DNA from: Thermoplasmata archaeon
GTDB lineage: Archaea; Thermoplasmatota; Thermoplasmata; Lutacidiplasmatales; UBA184
DNA: 63,061 nucleotides
Assembly: GCA_041476045.1 (NCBI GenBank)
Contig: JBGOSQ010000002.1
Span: 1-63,061 of the forward strand
Direction of reading: 5' to 3'
Shown: positions 8,392 through 16,684 of the stretch, one piece after another
Position numbering within the stretch: position 1 is the stretch's first letter
How the letters are laid out: each line of letters opens with the position of its first letter
The notes under the pieces: model-generated
Told to the model about the DNA's origin: nothing
The model's input: only the letters and a program-made list of their open reading frames with translations
The model's database searches: none
Position numbers and translations under genes: made by a program

Positions 8392-10196
8392 TCGGGGCTT
8401 CGCAGGAACCACCGGTCCACCCGCCCCCGGGGGAACCGGATCAGAATCGGTCGACCGTGCGGGCAGGCGTACGAGGCGCTCGGGAGCGCGTAGAGCGCCT
8501 CGAGCACGCGCTGGATCTCCTCCGGTGCGACGACATCGCCGGCGCGGATGGCCGCATGGCACGCGATCGACGCGTTCGTCCGCTCCTCGATGCCGTCGGG
8601 CACCGTCGGGCGGCCGCCGTCCGCGATCTCGTCCAGGAGCGAGAGGAGCTGTTCCGCGCGGACGCGGCGGCCGCGATACGACGGAACGGCCGTGATCCGG
8701 TAGCTGCCGGCCCCGAACGGCTCGACCCCGAACCCGGCCCGTCGTACCTCCTCGGCGTGCTGGGAGAGGACCTCCGCCCTCCGCGCGCCGAGCTCGACAC
8801 GGACCGGCTCCACCAGCTCCTGTCGCGCCAGTCGCCCCGACGCCGAGAGCTGTTCGAAGAGGACGCGCTCGCTGGCTGCGTGCTGGTCGAGGAGGACGAG
8901 ACTCCCCTCGCTCTCCGCGAGCCAGTACAGGTCGAAGATCGGGCCGATCAAGCGCAGGGACGGGTGCCGGCTCGTCGCCGCGACGGTGGAGAGCGGGCCC
9001 GGGACCTCGAGACGACGCTGGACCCCGCGCCCGATCCCTTCCGCTTCCTCCTCGGCGTCGGGGACCTCCGAACCGATCACGGCCGGCGCGAATCGGGAGG
9101 GTGGCATCGGCTCGGGCTCGGCGGGGGCGCCCGGTCGGTCCGCGACGTGCGGCGTCGCCACGAGCGCGTCGCGCACCGAACGCCGCAGTAGGTCGGCCAC
9201 CTCGCGTTCGCGCGCGATCCGAACCTCCCGCTTCGTCGGGTGGACGTTCACGTCGACGCGCGCAAGTTCGAGGTCGAGATGTACGACGCCCACCGGGTAC
9301 CGGCCGCGCGGCAGGTAATCGGTGAACGCCTGTCGGACGGCCTGGGTCAGGAAGCGCGACTGGACCACCCGTCCGTTGACGGAGAGGTACAATCCCGCCG
9401 CGTTCGACCTCGAGAGAGCGGGCCGCGCGAGGAGACCTCGGATCGCCACGGTGGTGCCGCTACCGCTCCGGACCGGGAAGGATTGGGAAACGAACTCCGG
9501 CCCGAGGACCCGGGCGCAGGCGTCGCGCAGCGCGGTCGCGGGGGGGAGTCGGAGGAGCTCGCCGTGCTCGTTCGCGAGGGAGAGGCCGACGCCCGGTCGG
9601 GCGAGGTAGAGCCGCTCGGCGGTCCCCACGACCTCGAGCTGCTCGGCGGCGGGAGCGTGCAGGAACTTGCGGCGGGCAGGCGTGTTGAAGAAGAGGTCGA
9701 GGACCTGCACGGTGGTGCCGGGGGCGCGTCCTTCGACGAAGGTCCCGGCCGCCTGGCCGGCAACGACCGATATCCCGTGGGCCTCCCCTAGGTCGGGGGG
9801 ACGCGAGACGATGCGAAGGCGGCTCACCGCCCCGATGGACGCGAGGGCTTCGCCGCGGAAGCCGAGCGTCGGGACGACCTCGAGGTCCTCGGCGCGTTCG
9901 AGCTTGCTCGTCGCGTAGCGCTCGACGGCGAGGGGAAGATCTTCCGGGCGGATGCCGGCGCCGTCGTCGTTCACCTCGATCGCGTCGAGGCCGCCCCCTT
10001 CGAGGCGGATCCCGACCTCTGAGGCGCCGGCGTCGACCGCGTTCTCGACGAGCTCCTTCACGACCGACGCCGGCCGGTCGACGACCTCGCCGGCGGCGAT
10101 CCGTCGTACGGTCTCCTGGTCGAGGCGTCGTATAGGTCGCGGTGAACCGGGGGCGCTCACGGCTCCTCCTTCGGGGGCTCGATCCTTCGCCGCCAT
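8388..10196 (-). CDS. mutL: DNA mismatch repair protein MutL (endonuclease-proficient type)
   Basis: GHKL ATPase motifs VVKELVENAVDAG, DDGAGI and GFRGEAL. The C-terminal region has DQHAASERVLFE (DQHA-x2-E-x4-E) and CPHGRP. Start is ATG 10196, or GTG 10160 overlapping the mutS stop. Confidence 0.9.
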   Translation of the reverse strand: MAAKDRAPEGGAVSAPGSPRPIRRLDQETVRRIAAGEVVDRPASVVKELVENAVDAGASEVGIRLEGGGLDAIEVNDDGAGIRPEDLPLAVERYATSKLERAEDLEVVPTLGFRGEALASIGAVSRLRIVSRPPDLGEAHGISVVAGQAAGTFVEGRAPGTTVQVLDLFFNTPARRKFLHAPAAEQLEVVGTAERLYLARPGVGLSLANEHGELLRLPPATALRDACARVLGPEFVSQSFPVRSGSGTTVAIRGLLARPALSRSNAAGLYLSVNGRVVQSRFLTQAVRQAFTDYLPRGRYPVGVVHLDLELARVDVNVHPTKREVRIAREREVADLLRRSVRDALVATPHVADRPGAPAEPEPMPPSRFAPAVIGSEVPDAEEEAEGIGRGVQRRLEVPGPLSTVAATSRHPSLRLIGPIFDLYWLAESEGSLVLLDQHAASERVLFEQLSASGRLARQELVEPVRVELGARRAEVLSQHAEEVRRAGFGVEPFGAGSYRITAVPSYRGRRVRAEQLLSLLDEIADGGRPTVPDGIEERTNASIACHAAIRAGDVVAPEEIQRVLEALYALPSASYACPHGRPILIRFPRGRVDRWFLRSPE

Positions 10197-12769
10197 TCCG
10201 ATATCCAATAGTGCGCGTCGATCGGGCTCATCGCGTTCGGGTCGAGCGATCGGAGCGCGATCTCGAGCGGCGAAGCGGCGGGGGTCTCGGGGGCGAGCAG
10301 GACGGCCTGCGTGTAGCGCGTCGGGGCGGCGGCACGACGCGAACCGGGGGTCAGTGCCACCCCCTCCGCCTCGAGACGGCGGAGGAGGCGCTGGGCCTCG
10401 TCGAGGAGCGGGGGCGGAACGCCGGCGAGGCGGGCGACGTGGAGCCCATAGCTCCGGTCGGTGCTCCCCGGCACGAGGCGGTGAAGGAAGACGACCTCCT
10501 CGCCGGTCTCGCGCACCCCGAGATGGGCGTTGCGCGCGGCAGAGAGACCCTCGATGAGCTCGGTGAGCTGGTGATAGTGCGTCGCGAGGATCGTCCGGCA
10601 GCCGGTCCGGTCGTGGAGATGGCGTAGGGTCGCCCACGCGAGCGCGAGGCCGTCGAACGTGCTCGTCCCGCGGCCGACCTCGTCCAGGAGGACGAGCGAG
10701 CGGTCGTCCGCCGCGCGGAGGATCTCGGCGACCTCGGTCATCTCGACCATGAAGCTCGACTTGCCCCGTCCGATCTCGTCGGTGAACCCCATCCGAGTGT
10801 ACACGCCGCTGACCAGGCCGATGCGCGCGTAGCGCGCGGGGACGAACGAACCGCACTGGGCGAGGACGACCAAGAGGCCGACCTGGCGCATGTAGGTCGA
10901 TTTGCCGGACATGTTCGGTCCGGTCAGTACGAGGAGGCGGGCCGCTTCGCGATCGAGCTCGGTGTCGTTCGGGACGAACCGTGCATCGAGGGCGCGCTCG
11001 AGCACCGGATGGCGCCCGTCGCGGATCTGGAGGACCGTCGAGTCGTCCACGATCGGGCGGACGAGACGCCGCTCCTGGGCGATCAGCGCGAACGTCGCGA
11101 TCGTGTCGAGCTCGCCGATCGCCCGCGCGAGCCGATGGAGTCGCGGGACCGAGGCCTCGATCTCGCCGAGGAACCGCTCCCACGCCTCGCTCTCCTCGTC
11201 CTGCCGACGCTCGCGAGCGGTGAGGATGCGCTCCTCGATCGCCGAGAGCTCGTCGGTCGTGAACCGCTCCCCCGAGGAGAGGGTCTGCTTGCGACGGAAA
11301 TGCAGCGGGACCCGGCCCAGGTTCGGCCGGCTCACGTCGAAGTAGTACCCGAACACCTGGTTGTAACCGACCTTGAGCCCCCGGATCCCGCTCGCCTGCT
11401 GCTCGCGGCGCTCGAGCGATTCCAGCGCGCTGAGCCCTTCCTGCTCGATCCGTGTGAGCTCGTCCAAGGCGGAGGCATACCCGGCCCGGAACAGGCCGCC
11501 GGAATCCGTGGTCGGCGGGGGGACCGGGGGGAGGGCGCGGGCGAGCCGGTCCGAAAGATCCGGGATCGGTTCGAGCCGGGATCGGAGGTCGGTCAGGACG
11601 GGCGGCAGCTCGCCCTCGCCGAGGCTGGCACGAATCCGGACCACCGCAGCGAGCGAGTCCCGGAGCGCGCCGAGCTCCGGCGGGCGGACCCGTCGGCCGG
11701 CCACGCGCGTCGCGATGCGGGCCATGTCGGCGATCGGGCGGAGATCGGAACGGAGTGCCAGGAGGTCCCCGCCGCGCGCGGCGAGGTTCGCGACCGCATC
11801 GAGCCGTCCGTCGATCGCGGCGACGTCGGCGAGGGGGTTCCGCAGCCAGAAGGCGAGGGTGCGACGGCCCGGTGGCGTGACGGTCTCGTCCCACGTGGAC
11901 AGGAGCGTCGCACCGGTCGGATCGTCCGGGTTCATCGGGCGACTGATCTCGAGGTGACGGAGGGTCTTGGCGTCGAGCCGGAGCCGGCGACGGCCGGCGC
12001 CCATCGGAACGATCTCGAGGAACGGGAGGAGGCGCGGCTGCGCGATCAGGACGTACTGGGCGAGCCGCCGGTCGGCCTCCTCGATCGCGGGGTCCTCGGG
12101 GGGCGGAAGGAACGCGGGGCGTCGTTCTTCGACGATCGCGTCCGGAGCCGTCTCGGCCCTCGCGCGCGGGAACTCGCGACGGATCGCTGATTCGAGGGCC
12201 GCCGTGGCCGTCGACCCACGATCGGCGAGGAGTATCTCGGACGGCGCGAACGGAGCGAGGGCGCCGAGTGCGCCGTCGACGCCGGCCTCGCTCCCGACGC
12301 CGTGGAACCACTCGCCCGTGGTGATATCGACGGCCGCGAAGGCGGGGGGCCCGTCGGACCGAGCGACGACGCACGCGAGGAAGTTGTGATCGGGACCGGG
12401 CAGGATGCGGTCCTCGACCACGGTTCCCGGCGTGACGACGCGCGTGACCTCGCGCCGCACGAGCCCCTTCGCGAACCGAGCGTCCTCGACCTGGTCGCAG
12501 AGGGCGACCTTGTACCCCTTCCGGACCAGGCGACCCAGGTACGTGTCGACGGCGTGCTGCGGGACGCCCGCCATCGGGGTCCGCTCGCCGGCGGTGTCGG
12601 GCGATCGGGCCGTCAGGACTACCTCGAGCTCCCGCGACAGGAGCTTCGCGTCCTCGCCGAACGTCTCGAAGAAGTCGCCGACGCGGAACAGCACGAGGTG
12701 GCCCGGGAACTGGGCCTTCACCCGCTCGTACTGTTCCATGAGCGGCGTCGTGGCCGCGCCGTCCGGCAT
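10157..12769 (-). CDS. mutS: DNA mismatch repair protein MutS (bacterial MutS1 type)
   Basis: N-terminus TPLMEQYERVKAQFPGHLVLFRVGDFFETFGEDA carries the Phe-x-Glu mismatch motif. Walker A is GPNMSGKST. ATG 12769 is chosen because the longer ORF to 12895 runs into tRNA-Ser. Confidence 0.92.
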   Translation of the reverse strand: MPDGAATTPLMEQYERVKAQFPGHLVLFRVGDFFETFGEDAKLLSRELEVVLTARSPDTAGERTPMAGVPQHAVDTYLGRLVRKGYKVALCDQVEDARFAKGLVRREVTRVVTPGTVVEDRILPGPDHNFLACVVARSDGPPAFAAVDITTGEWFHGVGSEAGVDGALGALAPFAPSEILLADRGSTATAALESAIRREFPRARAETAPDAIVEERRPAFLPPPEDPAIEEADRRLAQYVLIAQPRLLPFLEIVPMGAGRRRLRLDAKTLRHLEISRPMNPDDPTGATLLSTWDETVTPPGRRTLAFWLRNPLADVAAIDGRLDAVANLAARGGDLLALRSDLRPIADMARIATRVAGRRVRPPELGALRDSLAAVVRIRASLGEGELPPVLTDLRSRLEPIPDLSDRLARALPPVPPPTTDSGGLFRAGYASALDELTRIEQEGLSALESLERREQQASGIRGLKVGYNQVFGYYFDVSRPNLGRVPLHFRRKQTLSSGERFTTDELSAIEERILTARERRQDEESEAWERFLGEIEASVPRLHRLARAIGELDTIATFALIAQERRLVRPIVDDSTVLQIRDGRHPVLERALDARFVPNDTELDREAARLLVLTGPNMSGKSTYMRQVGLLVVLAQCGSFVPARYARIGLVSGVYTRMGFTDEIGRGKSSFMVEMTEVAEILRAADDRSLVLLDEVGRGTSTFDGLALAWATLRHLHDRTGCRTILATHYHQLTELIEGLSAARNAHLGVRETGEEVVFLHRLVPGSTDRSYGLHVARLAGVPPPLLDEAQRLLRRLEAEGVALTPGSRRAAAPTRYTQAVLLAPETPAASPLEIALRSLDPNAMSPIDAHYWISEWRRRIEPPKEEP

Positions 12770-12793
12770 CGGGAGCGTAGCGAGCGGGCCTCC

Positions 12794-12804
12794 GCTTATA
12801 ATCG
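12794..12804 (-). promoter_or_regulatory. TATA box for mutS (leaderless)
   Basis: The minus strand reads CGATTATAAGC about 27 nt upstream of the mutS ATG at 12769. Confidence 0.45.
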
Positions 12805-12854
12805 TTCGGCGAGGACGTGGAACACCCGGGGAACCGTGCCGCGCAGTTCCCGAT

Positions 12855-12938
12855 CGCTGAGGGGGAGATTTGAACTCCCGTGGCGAAACCGCCACCAGCT
12901 TTCAAGGCTGGCGCCTTGCCGGACTAGGCTACCTCAGC
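12855..12938 (-). tRNA. tRNA-Ser (anticodon UGA)
   Basis: The minus strand folds by hand into a cloverleaf: acceptor GCTGAGG/CCTCAGC, anticodon arm CCAGC-CTTGAAA-GCTGG, long variable arm TGGCGGTTTCGCCAC, T-arm GGGAG-TTCAAAT-CTCCC, discriminator G. No encoded CCA. Confidence 0.9.
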
Positions 12939-12996
12939 GGGGCAACGACGGGAGCCGTGCGAGATAAACCTGAGGGAGAGGGTCCGGCGAGGCCGA

Positions 12997-13097
12997 TGCA
13001 GGCGCCGGGAGATCCGCGCGGAGCGCCGCGCGCTCCGCGATTCGAACCCGGGTAGTCAGCTTGGAAGGCTGACATCCTACCGCTAGATTACGCCTGC
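12997..13097 (-). tRNA. tRNA-Gly (anticodon UCC) with a 30-nt non-canonical intron in the T-arm
   Basis: Minus strand: GCAGGCG TA ATCT AGCGGTA GGAT G TCAGC CTTCCAA GCTGA CTAC CCGGG TTCGAAT [30 nt, 13010-13039] CCCGG CGCCTGC A. The T-stem and acceptor stem pair only after the insert is removed. Confidence 0.75.
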
Positions 13098-13137
13098 ACG
13101 GGGACCGCCGGACGGGGTCGGCGACCCCCTCCCGCGA

Positions 13138-13707
13138 CTAATGCTTTGGGGTGGCGACGGCGCCGGCCTTCGCCGGTGAGAGCTCCAGCATCGCGACGCG
13201 CTCGAGAACGAGCCCCTCCCACGCCGCCTCCGGCAACGAGGCGCGCTCGTCCGTACCGATCCCGAGCCGGTCGAGCGTCGTCACGTCGGGAGGCTTGGGA
13301 TAGACCGAAGGGTCCGGGGCCAGTCCGAACCGGCCGAGGAGTTCGGTTACGTCGCGGGGGCGCTCGGCGACCACAACGAATCCCTCAGTGTCGTTCGCGA
13401 TCCCGACCTTGGCGAGCGCGCGGGGGAGCTGGTCGTCGCCCGCGACCCAGAGCGCGAACTCCGCGCCCCGGACGCGAAGCCGGCTCTCCCCGCGGGTGCG
13501 CGACCGACCGAGGTGCGCCCACGCCGAAAGGAGGTGGCGCTCGCCCGCGATGGCGCGCGCGTCGAAGAGCGCGACGAGCTCCTCGGAGGTTCCGCTCGCT
13601 TCCCGTAGCCGCACGACGAGCTCGCTCGAGGTGGGGGTACCCGGCGCCAGACGGCGAGCACCGACGGCCTGGAGGGTGCGGGTGGCTGGATCGGGGAGTG
13701 GCGGCAC
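13138..13707 (-). CDS. cgi121: KEOPS subunit Cgi121-like protein
   Basis: Recalled similarity to archaeal Cgi121 in ...GERHLLSAWAHL...AEFALWVAGDDQLPRALAKVGI...LERVAMLEL. GTG start lies 7 nt after the upstream gene's stop. Confidence 0.5.
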   Translation of the reverse strand: MPPLPDPATRTLQAVGARRLAPGTPTSSELVVRLREASGTSEELVALFDARAIAGERHLLSAWAHLGRSRTRGESRLRVRGAEFALWVAGDDQLPRALAKVGIANDTEGFVVVAERPRDVTELLGRFGLAPDPSVYPKPPDVTTLDRLGIGTDERASLPEAAWEGLVLERVAMLELSPAKAGAVATPKH

Positions 13708-13713
13708 GGCGAC

Positions 13714-14325
13714 CTACTCCGCGAGGAAGCGGATGAACTGTTCCTTGGTCCGCGGCTGGAGCACGTAGTTCTCGGCCTTCTCCCGGCCGATCGTCGATGT
13801 CGGGGTGGCGCCGTAGTCGTGCCCCGGAAGTACGACGAGCGCGTCATCGAGCTGGACCACGCGCCGAAGGAGGGAGTCGTACATCGCCGCGGGATCGCCA
13901 CCGGGCAGATCCGTCCGGCCGCACTCCCCGACGAAGAGCGTGTCGCCGGTCGCGACGTGCCCATCGAAGATGTAGAGGACCGAGTCCGGGGTGTGGCCGG
14001 GCGTGTGGACCACGGAAAATCGGAGGCTGCCGACGTCGACCACGGTGCCCTCATCGACGGAGAGGTCCTGGCCGATCGGTGCGGAACGATGGGCGACGAC
14101 GCGGGCACCGGTCTTCGACTGCACGTCGCCGTTGCCGGCGATGTGATCGGGATGGCTGTGCGTGTTGAGGATGTAGCGGACCTTGACCGACTTCGCGTCG
14201 ATCGCCTCGAGGACGGGGTCGACGCCGAACGACGGGTCGATCACGACGCCGGCGCCTCCCTCGCGCTCGGCGACGAGGTACGTGAAGTTCTGGTACGGAC
14301 CGACGACGTACTGGTCGAGGAGCAC
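13714..14325 (-). CDS. MBL-fold metallo-hydrolase (glyoxalase II-like)
   Basis: Contains the THSHPDHIAGN (HxHxDH) motif. 203 aa with a GTG start. Confidence 0.85.
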   Translation of the reverse strand: MLLDQYVVGPYQNFTYLVAEREGGAGVVIDPSFGVDPVLEAIDAKSVKVRYILNTHSHPDHIAGNGDVQSKTGARVVAHRSAPIGQDLSVDEGTVVDVGSLRFSVVHTPGHTPDSVLYIFDGHVATGDTLFVGECGRTDLPGGDPAAMYDSLLRRVVQLDDALVVLPGHDYGATPTSTIGREKAENYVLQPRTKEQFIRFLAE

Positions 14326-14368
14326 GCTCCTCGGAACGCCTGGGGTTATTTGACGGTGGACCGGCGGA

Positions 14369-15289
14369 TCAGCGCACCATGTCGAGCTCGCGCTCGTCGG
14401 GAAGCGCGCGGGCGCCGGTGACCGCGTCGAGGACGACTCGGCCCTCGGGTCCTTCTACGTACCAGTACGGTACGTGGAGCAACACCGTCGGGCCGAGCTT
14501 GAGGTCGTCGGGTCCGGGGGGGACGCGACGCCGCTCGATCACGAGGGTTCCGCCGTGCTGTTCGGAGTGATCAACGCTGACCGTGTGCCGCTTGCGGACC
14601 GCCTCCTCGGCGATCGCCCGGCTCTGCTCCTCCGAGAGCTCCGGCTCGAGACGCTGGCTCGCGATCTCGAGGGAATCGGTCACCTCGCGCTCTCCGGCCT
14701 CCCAGACCTCCGCGTGGCCGGTGAGCCCATTGACCGCGATCAGGTGATCGCTCGCCGGACCCGGGTCGCCGTGGGCGGAGAGAACGCGGACCCGGTACGG
14801 GGTGACGTAGAACGGAACGAGGCGCAAGGAGTACCGGAAGCCTTCGACGCCCGCGAGCGCCTCGGCCTCGGCCTGGCCCAGGCGCGGGCGGATGATCCGC
14901 TCGCCCTCGGGGAAGACCGTCGGGGGCGCTTCGAGCGGAGAGAGGGGCGTGTCGCCGCCGGCGCCGCCGCCCGCCGAAGGTGGGGGTAGCAGGAGCTCGC
15001 CCAACGCGGGGCCGAGCGCCGACGGACCGAGGACCTCGATCGAGCGCTCCGCCGCGATCTTGCGCGCGACCTCGCCGGGATCTTCCGAGTAGACGAGGGT
15101 CCGATGCACCGCGTCCCCGGGGAACTCCGACTCGATCTCCATCGGAGAGCGCGGCCCCGAGACGATGAAGACAGCGCGATGGTCCCGCGTCCGCACCGCC
15201 TTGACCCCGGCCGGGCGGTCCTCGAGCCGGTATCCCGCGGCCTCGAGGAGCCGGCGGAGCACCGAGCTCGTCGGAACCACCTGGGTCAT
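14369..15289 (-). CDS. hypothetical protein
   Basis: GC3-biased ORF. ATG 15289 (MTQVVPTSSVLRRLLEAAGY...) is preferred over the longer Arg-rich extension to 15415, which would overlap the divergent DUF72 gene. Confidence 0.55.
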   Translation of the reverse strand: MTQVVPTSSVLRRLLEAAGYRLEDRPAGVKAVRTRDHRAVFIVSGPRSPMEIESEFPGDAVHRTLVYSEDPGEVARKIAAERSIEVLGPSALGPALGELLLPPPSAGGGAGGDTPLSPLEAPPTVFPEGERIIRPRLGQAEAEALAGVEGFRYSLRLVPFYVTPYRVRVLSAHGDPGPASDHLIAVNGLTGHAEVWEAGEREVTDSLEIASQRLEPELSEEQSRAIAEEAVRKRHTVSVDHSEQHGGTLVIERRRVPPGPDDLKLGPTVLLHVPYWYVEGPEGRVVLDAVTGARALPDERELDMVR

Positions 15290-15389
15290 CGAGGAAATGA
15301 GCCGGTCGGACGTTATCTGTCTTCCGTCCCGGTTCCGCCGTTCCCATGCCCGGCGAAACCCTGAAGGGACCCGTCGGAACTGGGCGCGC

Positions 15390-16202
15390 ATGCACCGGTA
15401 CCGCGTCGGGTGCACCGGCTGGGGATACGATGACTGGCGCGGGCCGTTCTACCCCTCGGGGACCCCTGCCGGCGAGTACCTCGCGCGCTACGCGAGGGTC
15501 TTCGACCTGACCGAGGTGGACTCGAGCTTCTATCGGGCGCCGACGCCGTTCCTGACCCGACGCTGGGCGGGCCAGACCCCCGAGGGGTTCGTGTTCGCCC
15601 TCAAGATCCCCCAGGACGTGACGCACCGTCCCAAGGAACCGTTCGCCGCGGACCTGCTCCGGACCTTCCTCACGAACCTGGAACCGATCCGGGCCGCGGG
15701 GAAGCTCGGTCCCCTTGTCGCCCAGTTCCCGCCGTCGTTCCGACGCGAGGCCGGCGCGAAGCGCCTCGAGGAGATCCTCACGACGATCCCGGCGGACCAC
15801 CGCGTTGCGGTCGAGCTGCGTCACGCCTCGTGGTGGTCGACCGAGACGTGGTCGCTGCTGGAATCCCGGAAGGCCGCGCTGGTCTGGTCGGTGTACCCCG
15901 GCGTCCACCCGCCGTACCGCGCGACCGCGGACTTCCTCTACGCACGGTTCGTGGGGGACCGCGCTCTGACCGAGTTCGACCGGATCCAGCGCGACGGTCG
16001 GTCGGCCATGGAAGAGATGAAGCGCCACTTCGAGGGAGAGGGACTGTCCGCGCGCGATGTGTTCGTTCTCCTCAACAACCACTTCATGGGGTTCGGTCCG
16101 GGGACCGCCGCGCTCGTGCAGGAGGTCCTCGGGGTCCCGAAGGCCGACCTGTCCCTCGCCGCCCGCGATGCCGGCCAGCAGGATCTCTCGCGTTTCGGGT
16201 GA
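15390..16202 (+). CDS. DUF72 family protein
   Basis: N-terminus MHRYRVGCTGWGYDDWRGPFYP is the characteristic DUF72 opening. Length is 270 aa. Confidence 0.8.
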   Translation: MHRYRVGCTGWGYDDWRGPFYPSGTPAGEYLARYARVFDLTEVDSSFYRAPTPFLTRRWAGQTPEGFVFALKIPQDVTHRPKEPFAADLLRTFLTNLEPIRAAGKLGPLVAQFPPSFRREAGAKRLEEILTTIPADHRVAVELRHASWWSTETWSLLESRKAALVWSVYPGVHPPYRATADFLYARFVGDRALTEFDRIQRDGRSAMEEMKRHFEGEGLSARDVFVLLNNHFMGFGPGTAALVQEVLGVPKADLSLAARDAGQQDLSRFG

Positions 16203-16340
16203 CCCTTCCACCGCCCCGATCGGCTCCCGGCCGACGACCGCGCGCTCCGGCAAGGTTATTCCCCCGGAGTGCCTCGCCGAACTTCCATGCCGCAATGCCA
16301 GATCCAAGCCGCGTCGCTCCACGCCTTCCCGAGGGGTCCT

Positions 16341-16568
16341 ATGTCGGTCGAGGACCGGAGGATGTCGCTCGACACCAAGTGCCGCGAGGATGCGATGTAC
16401 TCGGCGAAGATGCTCGGCGCGGCCGCCGGGCGGTCCCGGAAGGGCTCGCCCGTGAAGGATTTCTTCCTCTGCGAGAACCACTCGCAGCTCGTTTCGCAGA
16501 TCGATCGCGAGCTCAACGAGGAAGGGTGGACGACCGTCTTCGCCGAGAAGCCGACGTTCCTCCTCTGA
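16341..16568 (+). CDS. small hypothetical protein
   Basis: 75-aa ORF with good GC3 bias (MSVEDRRMSLDTKCRED...CENH...). Start is uncertain; the ORF opens at 16269. Confidence 0.4.
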   Translation: MSVEDRRMSLDTKCREDAMYSAKMLGAAAGRSRKGSPVKDFFLCENHSQLVSQIDRELNEEGWTTVFAEKPTFLL

Positions 16569-16684
16569 GACGCCCCCCTCGGCCCCGCCGGGGTCGCCCT
16601 CCCTCGCGTCGTCGCCTTTCCCGTCCGGGTCCGAAGCCGCTCCCGCCCACCGGTGTTTAATCTAATCGAAGCCGCTTTCGCCTC

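Noticed and set aside
12770-12895. Longer mutS start at 12895
   Set aside because: The extension overlaps the tRNA-Ser gene (12855-12938) and is Arg/Pro-rich. The conserved MutS N-terminus and a TATA box fit ATG 12769.
8388-12905. 1505-aa ORF suggesting a giant MutS-MutL fusion
   Set aside because: Only the C-terminal ~600 aa (MutL) look like protein. The N-terminal ~900 aa are Arg/Pro/Gly-rich shadow sequence in an alternative frame of mutS, which has its own clean frame (10157-12769).
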